From: Armatimonadota bacterium
Lineage (GTDB): Bacteria; Armatimonadota; Fimbriimonadia; Fimbriimonadales; GBS-DC
Assembly: GCA_037444405.1 (NCBI GenBank)
Contig: JBBIML010000028.1
Coordinates: 1-36,641 of the forward strand
DNA: 36,641 nucleotides
Reading direction: 5' to 3'
Under the pieces are notes generated by a model. It ran no database searches. It saw only the letters and a program-made list of their open reading frames with translations, and was not told the origin of the DNA. Numbering within the stretch: position 1 is the stretch's first letter; each line of letters begins with the position of its first letter. The position numbers and the translations under genes are program-made. Shown here in pieces: positions 25,922-36,157 of this stretch.

Positions 25922-26668
25922 TCAGCCGACGGCTGCCTGGTCGGGCAGGGAGACAATCTGGATGTTGACCAGCCCCTTTGCCAGGCGCAGGGCGGTCTCC
26001 ACCGCTTCCGTCAGGCGCGACTGGACGCCTGCTCGCACGACGAGCCGATCCACCACAATCTCGATGGTGTGCTGCTTGTAGCGGTCTAACGGCGGCGCCT
26101 CGTTCACCTCGTACAGCGTGCCGTCCACGCGCACGCGCACGAAGCCCATGCGGGCAATCTCTTCGAACACATGGCGGTATTCGCCCTTGCGTCCGCGCAC
26201 GACGGGCGCCAGCACCTGAATGCGCGTGCCTTCGGGCAGACGCATCACCGTGTCCACGATGCTGTCCACTGTCTGGCGCGTGATGGGCTTGCCACACTGC
26301 GGGCAGTGCGGGCGTCCGACGCGGGCGAACAGCAGGCGCAAATAGTCGTAAATCTCCGTTACCGTGCCCACCGTGCTGCGCGGGTTGTGGCTCGCCGATT
26401 TCTGATCGATCGACACCGCTGGCGACAGCCCCTCGATGGAATCGACATCGGGCTTGTCCATCACGCCGAGAAACTGGCGGGCATAGGACGAGAGGCTCTC
26501 CACATATCGGCGCTGACCCTCCGCATAGAGCGTGTCGAACGCCAGCGTCGACTTGCCTGAACCCGAGATGCCCGTGATGACCACCAGCTGATCGCGCGGG
26601 ATGGTCAGATGCAGGTTCTTGAGGTTGTGTTCGCGTGCGCCCCGAATCACAATCCTGTCCTGCGCCAT
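25922..26668 (-). CDS. uvrA: UvrA N-terminal fragment only (248 aa)
   Basis: [51 protein letters not shown]; ends before the FSxxxACxxC segment. Confidence 0.9.
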   Translation of the reverse strand: MAQDRIVIRGAREHNLKNLHLTIPRDQLVVITGISGSGKSTLAFDTLYAEGQRRYVESLSSYARQFLGVMDKPDVDSIEGLSPAVSIDQKSASHNPRSTVGTVTEIYDYLRLLFARVGRPHCPQCGKPITRQTVDSIVDTVMRLPEGTRIQVLAPVVRGRKGEYRHVFEEIARMGFVRVRVDGTLYEVNEAPPLDRYKQHTIEIVVDRLVVRAGVQSRLTEAVETALRLAKGLVNIQIVSLPDQAAVG

Positions 26669-26712
26669 GCGTTCACCTCACCGTTGCAGCAGGATCGCCA
26701 CCTGAATCGCGT

Positions 26713-27936
26713 TCACGCTGCCACCTCCTGAAACACCTGCTGGAGGATGCCGATGGCGGTGTCCACCTCGCGCTCTTCGATAATCAGCGGGGGCACGAGG
26801 CGCAGGATGCGGTCGCCCACCGGGTTGATGATGAGCCGTTTTTCGAAGGCTTTGTCCACGATAGTGCGGGCAATCGGCTCGGTCAGTTCGACGCCAATCA
26901 TCAGTCCGCGTCCGCGCACTTCGGCGATGGGTGCGCCCTGCGCCTGCAGCTCGCGCAGGCGTGCCTGCAGGTAGTTGCCCACACGGGACGCCCGCTCGCA
27001 CAGCCCCTCAGTCTCGATGATTTCGATGGTGGCGAGCGCGGCGGAGCATGCGAGCGGGTTGCCGCCGAAGGTGGCGCCGTGATCGCCGACCTGCAGAAGC
27101 TCGGCGGCAACACCGCGTGCCAGGCATGCGCCTATCGGGAACCCGCCGCCCAGCCCCTTCGCCAGCATCACCACATCGGGCTGAAGGTCCAGATACTGAT
27201 AGGCGAACCATTTGCCCGTGCGCCCCATGCCCGTCTGCACCTCGTCGATCATCAGCAGGGCGTTATAGCGTCGGCAGAGCGCCTGCGCCTCGAGCAGGTA
27301 CTCGTCGGTGAGCGGGTTCACGCCGCTCTCGCCCTGAATGGGTTCGAGCAGGATGGCGGCGGTGCGCTCGCTGAAGGCGGCTCGCAGGGCGTCGATATCG
27401 TTGCGCGGCAGGGCGCGGAAGCCGGGCAGCAGCGGCACGAACGGCTCCTGATACTTCGGCTGCATCGTCGCCGACACCGCTCCCATCGTGCGCCCGTGAA
27501 AGCTCTTTTCCAGCACCAGAATCTCGTAGTCGCGGATGCCTTTGTGCGTGTTGGCGAACTTGCGGGCGATTTTGATGGCGGTCTCGCACGCTTCCGCGCC
27601 GCAGTTGCAGAAGAAGGCGCGCTCCATGCCCGTCAGCTGGCACAGGCGATCTGCCAGCAGCGCCTGCGGCTCGCTCAATAGCAGGTTGCCGATATGCATC
27701 AGCTCGCTGACCTGCTGCTGGATGCGGGCGACCAGACGCGGATGGCAGTGCCCCACATTGCACACGGCGACGCCCGCCAGAAAGTCCAGATAGGCGTTGC
27801 CGTCGGGGTCATAGAGATACGCGCCCTGCCCGCGCACGAACAGCACGGGCTGGCGGCGATAGGTCTGCATCACGCGGCTCTGATCGAGCGCCCACGCCCG
27901 CGCCTGCCGCTCATTGCTCAACCGAGTCTCGATCAT
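26713..27936 (-). CDS. argD: Acetylornithine aminotransferase
   Basis: MQTYRR.P, YLDFLAGVAV, SFHGRT, EPIQGESG, AKGLGGG, HGATFGGNP. Confidence 0.88.
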   Translation of the reverse strand: MIETRLSNERQARAWALDQSRVMQTYRRQPVLFVRGQGAYLYDPDGNAYLDFLAGVAVCNVGHCHPRLVARIQQQVSELMHIGNLLLSEPQALLADRLCQLTGMERAFFCNCGAEACETAIKIARKFANTHKGIRDYEILVLEKSFHGRTMGAVSATMQPKYQEPFVPLLPGFRALPRNDIDALRAAFSERTAAILLEPIQGESGVNPLTDEYLLEAQALCRRYNALLMIDEVQTGMGRTGKWFAYQYLDLQPDVVMLAKGLGGGFPIGACLARGVAAELLQVGDHGATFGGNPLACSAALATIEIIETEGLCERASRVGNYLQARLRELQAQGAPIAEVRGRGLMIGVELTEPIARTIVDKAFEKRLIINPVGDRILRLVPPLIIEEREVDTAIGILQQVFQEVAA

Positions 27937-28074
27937 AGCATGGGAATTGTACCTCAAACAGACGGGCTAACCTGCAACCCTCTCTTATTTGAGAGTGTCG
28001 AGGAAAGTGAACAGGGTAGTGCCACCCATGCATTTGCAATAGAGACGCCTTTCCGTACCCCTCTGATAGGAAGT

Positions 28075-28130
28075 GCGCGGCGACCACGCCCCTACCGTCC
28101 CGAACCGTTGTACAGCGCGGTCACCGCGCC
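28075..28130. repeat. Degenerate REP-like palindrome pair
   Basis: GCGCGGCGACCACGCCCCTAC and GTACAGCGCGGTCACCGCGCC; similar to AGGGCGCGGTCGCCGCGCCCGTAC at 19721-19744. Confidence 0.5.
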
Positions 28131-28195
28131 GGCACGGGGGCTTTCCTCAGTGCTCTACCTGAAAGGGACATCGATGGGGTTAGAAGAGCGATCTC

Positions 28196-29557
28196 TCAAA
28201 CACCCTCACCCAGCAGTTCCTCTGCAAAATTGAGGTAAGCGTTTGCCACAAAAACGGGGTTGCGTATCAGATTCAGAGCCCGTAAAGCTTGGATCCACTG
28301 CTGGTGATGGGCGCAAGCGCGTGCAAAACCGAGCAGCCCTATACCACGCCAGTAGGGGTGTCGCACGGAGCGAACAATCCGCCACGCCTGCTGGAACTGA
28401 CCCATCCACGCGAGTTGACACCCAATCTTGGCATAGGCTTCAGCGCGCCCACTGGCACTGCGAATTCGGCGCGCCGAGCGCAATGCATCCGCGTACATCG
28501 ATGCATCATAGGTAGGTGTGAGGCAAAACAACACATCGATAATGTTGAAGGTGCGGTAAACGGGATCCAGTGTCTTGAGGCACGCTTGATAAGACAGCAG
28601 GGGCATGCGCGCTTCAATCGCCGACTCGGCTATTCGGTCGAGCGCCATATCGCGCGCTTCGGGGTCGGGTTCTGCATCGCAAAGCGCAATTGATTCCTGG
28701 AACAGGGCTTCAGCGGGGTCAGGCAATCCCAGGGTGGCATAGTTGCAGGCTACTTTTGCCAAGGTAGCAGCACGCCTCCACACACTTTCCACTTCCAGTG
28801 CGTGGGTTCTGGCTGTGGCGAGCGCCTGCTCCACGCCCGCAGAGTTCTCCTGCTGGTGATGCACCTGTGCCAGCGCACACCACGCCTCGGCGCGATCGTC
28901 AGGTGTCTCGATAGTGGCGACCCAGATATAGGCGTGTTCCCAGTGTCCTCCTGATGCCCATGCACGTGCCAGGGCGCCCCGAATGCTATCGCCTCCATAT
29001 GGGGCTTGGTTCAGATACATTGTAGCTTCGTGCAAAAGGGCTTGCGCTTGATCCGTTTCGCCATGCCGAAAACGCACCTCAGCTACTTCACACAGAAGCT
29101 CGGCTTTGTCTTTCGCCCACTCATCCGACAGGAGCCGAGTCGCACGGAGCGACTCCTCCAGCAGGTTCCATTCCAGAAATGCCTCCACACAGAGCTTGAT
29201 GTCGAGGAAGTTTTCTGGATCTGCCTCTATCGTTTCAAAGGCGAGCGTGAGAATCTGGGAGCAACGGCTCGCATCCTCAAAAAGTTTCGCCGTTTCGGCT
29301 ATCGCAAAAATTTGGCGGACTTCGCGCTCTTCAGGGGGCTGGCTCAGATAAGCCTCGATTGCGTGTTGGAGGTGGAAGCGGGCGTTTCCCATATTGTGGA
29401 GGCGCGCCCAGATTTTCGCAAGGCGCGTATAGGTAACAACACGCCAGAAGACCGACGGAATCCGGGCGACAGCCTCCTCTGCACGCTGGAGGCACTCCTC
29501 AACCGTCGGCTCTGTTATAGCGGTCCTCCCCCATAAAGAGCGCGGTTTCCACAGCAT
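28196..29557 (-). CDS. TPR-like alpha-helical repeat protein
   Basis: Recurring A..A..I.....R..A...IA helical units; directly downstream of the WD40 gene. Confidence 0.7.
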   Translation of the reverse strand: MLWKPRSLWGRTAITEPTVEECLQRAEEAVARIPSVFWRVVTYTRLAKIWARLHNMGNARFHLQHAIEAYLSQPPEEREVRQIFAIAETAKLFEDASRCSQILTLAFETIEADPENFLDIKLCVEAFLEWNLLEESLRATRLLSDEWAKDKAELLCEVAEVRFRHGETDQAQALLHEATMYLNQAPYGGDSIRGALARAWASGGHWEHAYIWVATIETPDDRAEAWCALAQVHHQQENSAGVEQALATARTHALEVESVWRRAATLAKVACNYATLGLPDPAEALFQESIALCDAEPDPEARDMALDRIAESAIEARMPLLSYQACLKTLDPVYRTFNIIDVLFCLTPTYDASMYADALRSARRIRSASGRAEAYAKIGCQLAWMGQFQQAWRIVRSVRHPYWRGIGLLGFARACAHHQQWIQALRALNLIRNPVFVANAYLNFAEELLGEGV

Positions 29558-29561
29558 TAGC

Positions 29562-31391
29562 CTAACATCCCTGCCCGAAGTTGAACAGCACGATCAGCAG
29601 GTCGGCGTCATCCACCGTGCCATCTCCGTTCACATCCTCCGGCAGCCCTGAACCCGATTGACCAAACGCAAACAGTACGAATAGCAGATCGCTATCATTC
29701 ACACAGCCATCGCGATTCACATCGCCTACCAGCCAGAGGGGGTTGCGAGCCAGCACCAGCGTCGCATCCGGGCGCCCATAAGCAAAAAATTGCCCATCTG
29801 GAGAAAACCGAATGCTAAGAATCCCTGTGTCTGTCTCTTCGTCGTAGACTCGCACGAGCTGCCAATCGCTTACCCGCCAAATTCTGATAGTGGGTGGTGA
29901 TTCTGATGTTGTCTGCGTTCGCCCGACTTGTGCCGAAATTAGCAATGAGCCATCCGGCGAAAAAGCAACCGAGTTGATCTCATCCGTATGCCCTGTCAGG
30001 GTGTGCAGCAGGGTGCCATCACTCACCCGCCATATTTTGACCGTATAATCGCCAAAACCGCTCCCCGATGCCAGCAATGAACTATCTGGCGAAAAGGCGA
30101 CCGATAAGACGCGACCTGTATGCCCCGTAAGGATGCGTACCAGTGCTCCATCACTCACCCTCCAAAGCCTGATAGTCCAATCCTCACCTCCGGCTGATGC
30201 CAGTAAAGAACCATCTGATGAAAAAGCAATTGACCAGACATGATGCCCATGCCCGGTGAAGGTACGTATCAGTGAACCATCACTCACCCGCCACAGCTTA
30301 ATGGTCCAATCTTCACCCCCACTTGCCAGATACTGCCCATCGGGTGAAAATGCCACAGAGAGAACACCGTAAGTATGCCCACTGAGCGTGCGCACCAGAG
30401 TTCCGTCACTCACTCGCCAGAGTTTGATGGTGTAATCCTTACTTCCCGGTGCCAGCAATGAACCATCTGGCGAAAAGGCAACCGATTGAACATCCGAGCT
30501 ATGCCCTGTAAGGATACGCTCCAGAGCGCCATCGCGCACCCTCCACAACTTAACTGTATCATCACGATATCCGCTTCCTGATGCCAGCAAAGCGCCGTTG
30601 GGTGAGAAGGCAACCGATTTGATCGCACCTGTATAGTTGGTGAGCATGCGCACCAGAGTTCCATCACTCACCCGCCAGAGCTTGACCGTATGATCATAGC
30701 TCCCCGATGCTAACAGCGAACCATCCGGCGAAAAAGCAACCGATTCGACCGTACAGGTGTGCCCGATAAGCGTTCTCACCAGTGAGCCATCGCTTACTCG
30801 CCAAAGCCTGATAACCTGATCCCCACCACCTGATGCCAGCAACGAACCGTCCGGTGAAAAGGCAACCGATTGAACAGCACCTGTATGATCCACAAGATTT
30901 GTCACCAGCGAGCCATCACTCACCCGCCATATCTTGACTGTGCGATCATAACTTCCCGACGCTAACAACGAGCTATCTGGCGAAAAGGCAATTGATGTAA
31001 GATAGTCTATATGCCCGCTGAGGGTGCGCATCAATCTCCCATCGCTCAGTCGCCATATTTTGATGGTGTAACCACTGCCTGTAGCCAGTAGTGAACCATC
31101 GGGTGAGAAAGCAACCAGCGAACCAACACCGAAAGTTCGCACTAGTGTACCGCTATTCACCTGCCAAATTTTTACAGTATCGCCTGCACTGGCGAGATAC
31201 AAGCCATTTGGTGAAAAAGCAATAGAGGTGACCGAAACCGAATGACCACCTCGCATCCACGCAATGTCGGGATAATACTGTGCCAAACCAATCGATAGGA
31301 GCCATAGTGCCGTCATTCCCAGTACTACTGCCCGAATCCCGATGAGCTGACTCTGCATCACAGCGTCTAAAACTGACCTCTTCGTTCGCAT
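29562..31391 (-). CDS. WD40 repeat protein with C-terminal dockerin/EF-hand-like tag
   Basis: About 12 GH...AFSPDG.LLASG..D.T.KLW repeats; GDVNRDGCVNDSDLL...EDVNGDGTVDDADLLIVLFNFG; hydrophobic N-terminus; GGAGG SD before ATG 31391. Confidence 0.92.
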   Translation of the reverse strand: MRTKRSVLDAVMQSQLIGIRAVVLGMTALWLLSIGLAQYYPDIAWMRGGHSVSVTSIAFSPNGLYLASAGDTVKIWQVNSGTLVRTFGVGSLVAFSPDGSLLATGSGYTIKIWRLSDGRLMRTLSGHIDYLTSIAFSPDSSLLASGSYDRTVKIWRVSDGSLVTNLVDHTGAVQSVAFSPDGSLLASGGGDQVIRLWRVSDGSLVRTLIGHTCTVESVAFSPDGSLLASGSYDHTVKLWRVSDGTLVRMLTNYTGAIKSVAFSPNGALLASGSGYRDDTVKLWRVRDGALERILTGHSSDVQSVAFSPDGSLLAPGSKDYTIKLWRVSDGTLVRTLSGHTYGVLSVAFSPDGQYLASGGEDWTIKLWRVSDGSLIRTFTGHGHHVWSIAFSSDGSLLASAGGEDWTIRLWRVSDGALVRILTGHTGRVLSVAFSPDSSLLASGSGFGDYTVKIWRVSDGTLLHTLTGHTDEINSVAFSPDGSLLISAQVGRTQTTSESPPTIRIWRVSDWQLVRVYDEETDTGILSIRFSPDGQFFAYGRPDATLVLARNPLWLVGDVNRDGCVNDSDLLFVLFAFGQSGSGLPEDVNGDGTVDDADLLIVLFNFGQGC

Positions 31392-31563
31392 CGCCAATAC
31401 CTCCACACAGGTTTTCCTATCCTAATTATACCCCATCTGGCAGGGCCTCAGCAGATGGGCTGGGTATCGGTTTCAGCCATCTGAACTAACCATACCAGCC
31501 GACGCCTTTAGCACCCCATGCAACGGCAGGGAGTTTCGCCGTAACGAAGAATCGAGAGAGGCG

Positions 31564-34500
31564 ATGCGGTTATGGCTCTTACTGGCGGGCTGGCTGATCG
31601 TGGTGCTGGCGCAGGCGCAGCAGGGTGTGGACACCGCGCAGCTGCAGGCACGCTATCGCCAGCTGATTAGCGAGATTTCGGATGCCCGAATCGGTGAGAC
31701 GGTGCGCTGGATGGCGGCGCAGGGTTCGCGCGTCGCGGGTTATCCCGGCGCCGCCCGCGCCGCCGACTATATCGAACGGCAGTTCCATGCGATTGGGCTT
31801 CAGAATGTGCGCCGTGAGCCGTTCGAGGTGAGTGTGCCTGTCGATGAAGGCACCTATCTCGAAACGCCCGGCAAAAGGGTTCGGCTCCATCCGCTCTGGC
31901 CCAATCTGGTGCGCACCTCGCAGTTGCCGCCGGAGGGCATCTCGGCGCCGCTCATCTATGTGAGCGACGCGCGACTCGAACGCTTTCGCGGCAAAGCGGT
32001 GGAAGGCAGCATCGTGCTGGCGGATTTTAACTGCGGTTCCAGCTGGCTGAACGCGCCCCGACTGGGCGCCAGAGCCATCATCTTTATTGAGCCGGAGGAG
32101 ACCCAGCGGGGTGAGGCGGAGGCGAAGTTCATCGGCATCCCCATCGACATCCCGCGCTTCTATGTAACGCGGCGCGACGCCGCCCGCCTGCTCGCGCTCG
32201 CCGCCACTCAGCCCAACCTACGCGTCAAACTCACCTGCCGCCAGACCTGGCAAAAACGCACGGCTTATAACATCATCGGCACCCTGCGCGGCACCGATCC
32301 CAAACTGCGCCACCAGTGGATTGTCATCACCGCCTATTACGATTCGATATCGATTGTGCCGTCGCTGGCGCCGGGCGCGGAGAACGCCACGGGACTCGCC
32401 GCGATGCTGGAGCTGGCACGGCTTTTCAAGAAGTATCCGCCCAAACGCAGCGTGCTGTTCGTGGCGAACGGGGCGCATTTTCAGGCGCTGGAGGGCATCC
32501 GGCAGTTTATCGAGCGTCGCCTGCCCGAATGGAGCCGCCCGAACCTGCTGGAGCGCGCTCTGGGCGACCGCCGCAACCCGCCCGACATCTATCTGTTTGT
32601 CGGTCTGGACCTTGCCAGCCGCTCCAGAGGTGTCGGACTCTTCTACAAGGGCTGGTTCTACGATATGCGCGAGGACATCCAGCGCTACTTTTCGGAGCTG
32701 GGGCGCGTCATGCGCGAGCATGCCGACCGAATCGCGCCCGTGCTGGGCACCACTGCCAGCAAGCTGTTCGCCGACGGCATTAATGCCGTGCAGGGGCGCT
32801 ACTGGCGCACCTACATTCCGGGCAGACCTGCCTTCGATGCCGAAGCCGCGACGCTGGCGGGCGCGTGGGGCGTGACCTTCGCCACTATCGAAGACGCCCG
32901 CCCGCTGGTCGATACCCCGCTCGACACCTACGAAAATTGCAATATCGCTAATATCGCCCTGCAGACGCGCACCATCGCCTGCCTGATGCATCATATCCTG
33001 AACGACCCGAACGAGCGCGGCACTCCCGGACCCCGATTTCCCATCGATGAGCCGTCGCAGTGGGCGCGCCTGCGCCTGCAGGGCGGGTTCGGGCGGCTGC
33101 ACGGTAATGTCTATCTGTTTGATCCCAGCCGCAGCTTTCTGCCGAACACGCCCATTAATGGCTCCATCGCTGTCGTGCGCCACTGGATGAAAACGCTGAT
33201 GGGCGTGCGCGGCAATATGATTCAGATTGTGGACGATAGCAGTCCCATCCCGCACGAGCAGGCGCGATTCAACTTTGTCGGCATCCCGCCGATTACTGCC
33301 TACGGCTGGAACCGCACCTTCGATATCGCGGCGTATCATCTGAACCCGCGCACGGGCGCCATCGACTACGCGCCCGATCTGGGCATTCAGGGCACGCACT
33401 ACTATCCGCTCACGATTTACATGACCGTTGGCGACAAAGAGACGCCGATTATTGTGTTCCGTTGCGTGGCGACCTCGATTTACGATTTAGTAGACCCGCA
33501 GACGCTGGCGCCGCTGACCAGCATCAACATCTACGACGGCGACACGAACGGCGAGCCGCGCATGTACGGGCACATCATGACGCCCAAAGATGTGCCGCTC
33601 TCCTCCTATGTGGAGGATGTGGCGGTCATCTTCTCCCAGCCTGGCTCGCGTCTGAAAATCAAGATGGGCATGGGTCCGGGCGCTGACCGCCTGCTGCTGA
33701 TTAATGCCACGCCCGAAAACCCCGAAGGGAAAGGCTATCTGGTGGGTGGCGATCCGCGCGAGGCGCAGGGCTTCACCGTGCCCACCTTTGATCCCCGCAC
33801 GCTCACCGAGCGCGACCTGATCGCGCGCGGCGGCGCGATTGCGTTCACGGCGTTGCGCGTCGCCGAAGATATGTACACGCTTAACGACTACCGCATCCGC
33901 ACGCTGGCGAAGCACCGCATCGTGAATCTGGGCATTAACGACCTGCACGCGGCGGCGAAGGAGGCGCTGGATAAGGCGCATGAGGCGCTGGCGAAACGCG
34001 ATTACGCCGCGCTCGATGTATACGCTCGCGCCGCGTGGGGGTATGCCGCGCGCGCCTACCCCGATGTACGCGCCACCGCCAACGATGTGGTCAACGGCGT
34101 CATCTTCTATCTCGCCCTGCTGATGCCGTTCGCCTACTTCATGGAGCGGCTGCTGTTCGGTGCGCCCAACCTCAAGAGCCAGCTGATGTACGCCTCGCTG
34201 ATTTTCATCGCCGTGTTCCTCGCGTTTCGGTACATCCACCCCGCGTTCGAGATCACGGGCAACCCCGTGATAGTGTTCATCGCCTTCACGATGGGCGCGC
34301 TGTCGGTGATTGTGGCGGTGTTCATCTCAGGCAAGTTCGAGGAGCAGCTGCGGGCGATTCAGAAGCAGGTGATGGGCACCCATCGCGCTGATATCGGGCG
34401 CATGAGCGTGGCGATGGCGGCGTTCAATCTGGGCGTCTCGAACATGCGTCGCCGCGCCCTGCGCACCTTCATGACCAGCCTCTCACTGGTGCTGATCACC

Positions 34501-36132
34501 TTCGTGGTGCTGTCGTTCACCTCCATCGTGAATGTGTTGCGCTTTAATGAGGTGCCCGCGCCGGGTGTGCCGCGCTATAACGGCATCATGATACGCACGC
34601 CCGACTGGCAGCCGTTGCGCGAATCGGCGTATCGGCTGATGCGGGACGAGTTCGGTACGACGCGCGCCGTTGCGCCCCGCGCATGGTTCTTTGGCACGCA
34701 GATTGGGGAGCAGGCGTTCATCACGCTCTCGCGCGCTGAGCGACGCTTCAACGCCCGCGCGATTGTCGGCATGACAGCTGACGAAGCGAAGGTCACGCGC
34801 CCGCAGGAGGCGCTGATCGCGGGACGCTGGTTCGCGCCCGATGACCGCACCACCATCATCCTGCCCGCCAATATCGCTGCTGCGCTGGGCGTCCAGCCCG
34901 AAGAGGTCGGGCGCGCCCGCGTCCAGTTCGCCGGCGTGGACTACACCGTGATTGGAATCGTTGACCCGAACGCGCTCAAACGCATCAGCGATCTGGATAC
35001 TGAGCCGCTCACGCCCGTCGACTTCATCCTCATGCAACGCCTGCAGAGCCAGGGTCGGCAGGGGGGCGAGGGCGGATTCCGCGAATATGTGCATCTGGAA
35101 CCCGATATTGTGGTCTTTATGCCCTACGACACAGTGATCAATTTCGGCGGCAACATCTACAGCCTGGCAATCGAGTTCGCCACGCGCCAGGAGGTGTACG
35201 ACACGCTCAAAAAACAGCTGATGCCGCGGCTGGGGCTGAACCTCTACGCAGGGCTGGAGAACCGAATCGTGCGCTACAGCACGATTCAGGCGACCACAGG
35301 GCAGGGGCTGGAGTATATCATTCTGCCCGTGATTATCGCCGCGCTGATTGTGTTCAACACGATGCTGGGCTCGGTCTACGAACGCATTCGCGAGATTGGC
35401 ATCTTTAGCGCGGTGGGGCTGGCGCCCAATCATATCGCGATGCTCTTCTTCGCCGAATCGCTGGTCTATGCGGTGCTGGGTTCGGTTGCGGGCTACTTCG
35501 TGGCGCAGCTGGTGGCGAAAATCATCACGATAACGGGCTGGTTCCCTCAGCTCTATCTGAACTTCTCGTCACTGTCGGCGGTCTTCTCAACGGTGGTAGT
35601 GGTCGGTGTGGTGTTGCTGTCGACGATCTATCCCGCTCGCAAAGCGTCGGAGGTGGCGACGCCCGCTGAAGAGCGCACCTGGCGACTGCCTGAGCCGGAG
35701 GGCGACCTGTGGCACATCCCGTTGCCCTTCTCCGTCACCAGCGTGCAGGCGCACGGGCTGTCGGGCTTCCTTGCCGAGTGGTTCCACGCCTATGAAGAAT
35801 ACTCCGTCGGCGAGTTCATCACCCAATCGGTACGCACAGCGGCTCTGGCGACCGAGCATGGTGAGGGCTATCGCGTGGAGTGCGACGCCTGGATTGCGCC
35901 CTTCGATCTGGGTGTGAGCCAGCATGTGCGCATCGATATCGTGCCCACCGATTACGAGGGCGTGTACGACATCCAGCTCACGCTCACTCGCCTGAGCGGG
36001 GATATTGCCAACTGGAAACGGGTCAATCGGCGGTTCCTGAACATTCTGCGCAAGCAGTTCCTGATCTGGCGCACCCTGCCACAGGAGCAGCGCGAGCGCT
36101 ACCTGAAGCTCGAAGCGGTGGGCGTCTCGTAG
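31564..36132 (+). CDS. Giant membrane protein: signal peptide + PA/M28-peptidase-like domain + FtsX/MacB-like permease
   Basis: SRVAGYPG, YNIIG, TAYYDS, APGAENATG..AMLELAR; NMRRRALRT and SVYERIREIGIFSAVG FtsX signatures; 1522 aa. Confidence 0.85.
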   Translation: MRLWLLLAGWLIVVLAQAQQGVDTAQLQARYRQLISEISDARIGETVRWMAAQGSRVAGYPGAARAADYIERQFHAIGLQNVRREPFEVSVPVDEGTYLETPGKRVRLHPLWPNLVRTSQLPPEGISAPLIYVSDARLERFRGKAVEGSIVLADFNCGSSWLNAPRLGARAIIFIEPEETQRGEAEAKFIGIPIDIPRFYVTRRDAARLLALAATQPNLRVKLTCRQTWQKRTAYNIIGTLRGTDPKLRHQWIVITAYYDSISIVPSLAPGAENATGLAAMLELARLFKKYPPKRSVLFVANGAHFQALEGIRQFIERRLPEWSRPNLLERALGDRRNPPDIYLFVGLDLASRSRGVGLFYKGWFYDMREDIQRYFSELGRVMREHADRIAPVLGTTASKLFADGINAVQGRYWRTYIPGRPAFDAEAATLAGAWGVTFATIEDARPLVDTPLDTYENCNIANIALQTRTIACLMHHILNDPNERGTPGPRFPIDEPSQWARLRLQGGFGRLHGNVYLFDPSRSFLPNTPINGSIAVVRHWMKTLMGVRGNMIQIVDDSSPIPHEQARFNFVGIPPITAYGWNRTFDIAAYHLNPRTGAIDYAPDLGIQGTHYYPLTIYMTVGDKETPIIVFRCVATSIYDLVDPQTLAPLTSINIYDGDTNGEPRMYGHIMTPKDVPLSSYVEDVAVIFSQPGSRLKIKMGMGPGADRLLLINATPENPEGKGYLVGGDPREAQGFTVPTFDPRTLTERDLIARGGAIAFTALRVAEDMYTLNDYRIRTLAKHRIVNLGINDLHAAAKEALDKAHEALAKRDYAALDVYARAAWGYAARAYPDVRATANDVVNGVIFYLALLMPFAYFMERLLFGAPNLKSQLMYASLIFIAVFLAFRYIHPAFEITGNPVIVFIAFTMGALSVIVAVFISGKFEEQLRAIQKQVMGTHRADIGRMSVAMAAFNLGVSNMRRRALRTFMTSLSLVLITFVVLSFTSIVNVLRFNEVPAPGVPRYNGIMIRTPDWQPLRESAYRLMRDEFGTTRAVAPRAWFFGTQIGEQAFITLSRAERRFNARAIVGMTADEAKVTRPQEALIAGRWFAPDDRTTIILPANIAAALGVQPEEVGRARVQFAGVDYTVIGIVDPNALKRISDLDTEPLTPVDFILMQRLQSQGRQGGEGGFREYVHLEPDIVVFMPYDTVINFGGNIYSLAIEFATRQEVYDTLKKQLMPRLGLNLYAGLENRIVRYSTIQATTGQGLEYIILPVIIAALIVFNTMLGSVYERIREIGIFSAVGLAPNHIAMLFFAESLVYAVLGSVAGYFVAQLVAKIITITGWFPQLYLNFSSLSAVFSTVVVVGVVLLSTIYPARKASEVATPAEERTWRLPEPEGDLWHIPLPFSVTSVQAHGLSGFLAEWFHAYEEYSVGEFITQSVRTAALATEHGEGYRVECDAWIAPFDLGVSQHVRIDIVPTDYEGVYDIQLTLTRLSGDIANWKRVNRRFLNILRKQFLIWRTLPQEQRERYLKLEAVGVS

Positions 36133-36157
36133 CAGGTATGATAATCCAGGTGAGAGC

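Noticed and set aside
25836..26297. Long N-terminal extension of the TolB-like ORF suggesting a frameshifted uvrA fusion
   Set aside because: The alternative frame over uvrA has no UvrA-like or signal-like content, and a -10 and ATG exist at 25835-25850
29760..31260. ~126-bp periodic DNA repeats
   Set aside because: These are the coding WD40 repeats, not a CRISPR array or a DGR template/variable pair; no reverse transcriptase is present
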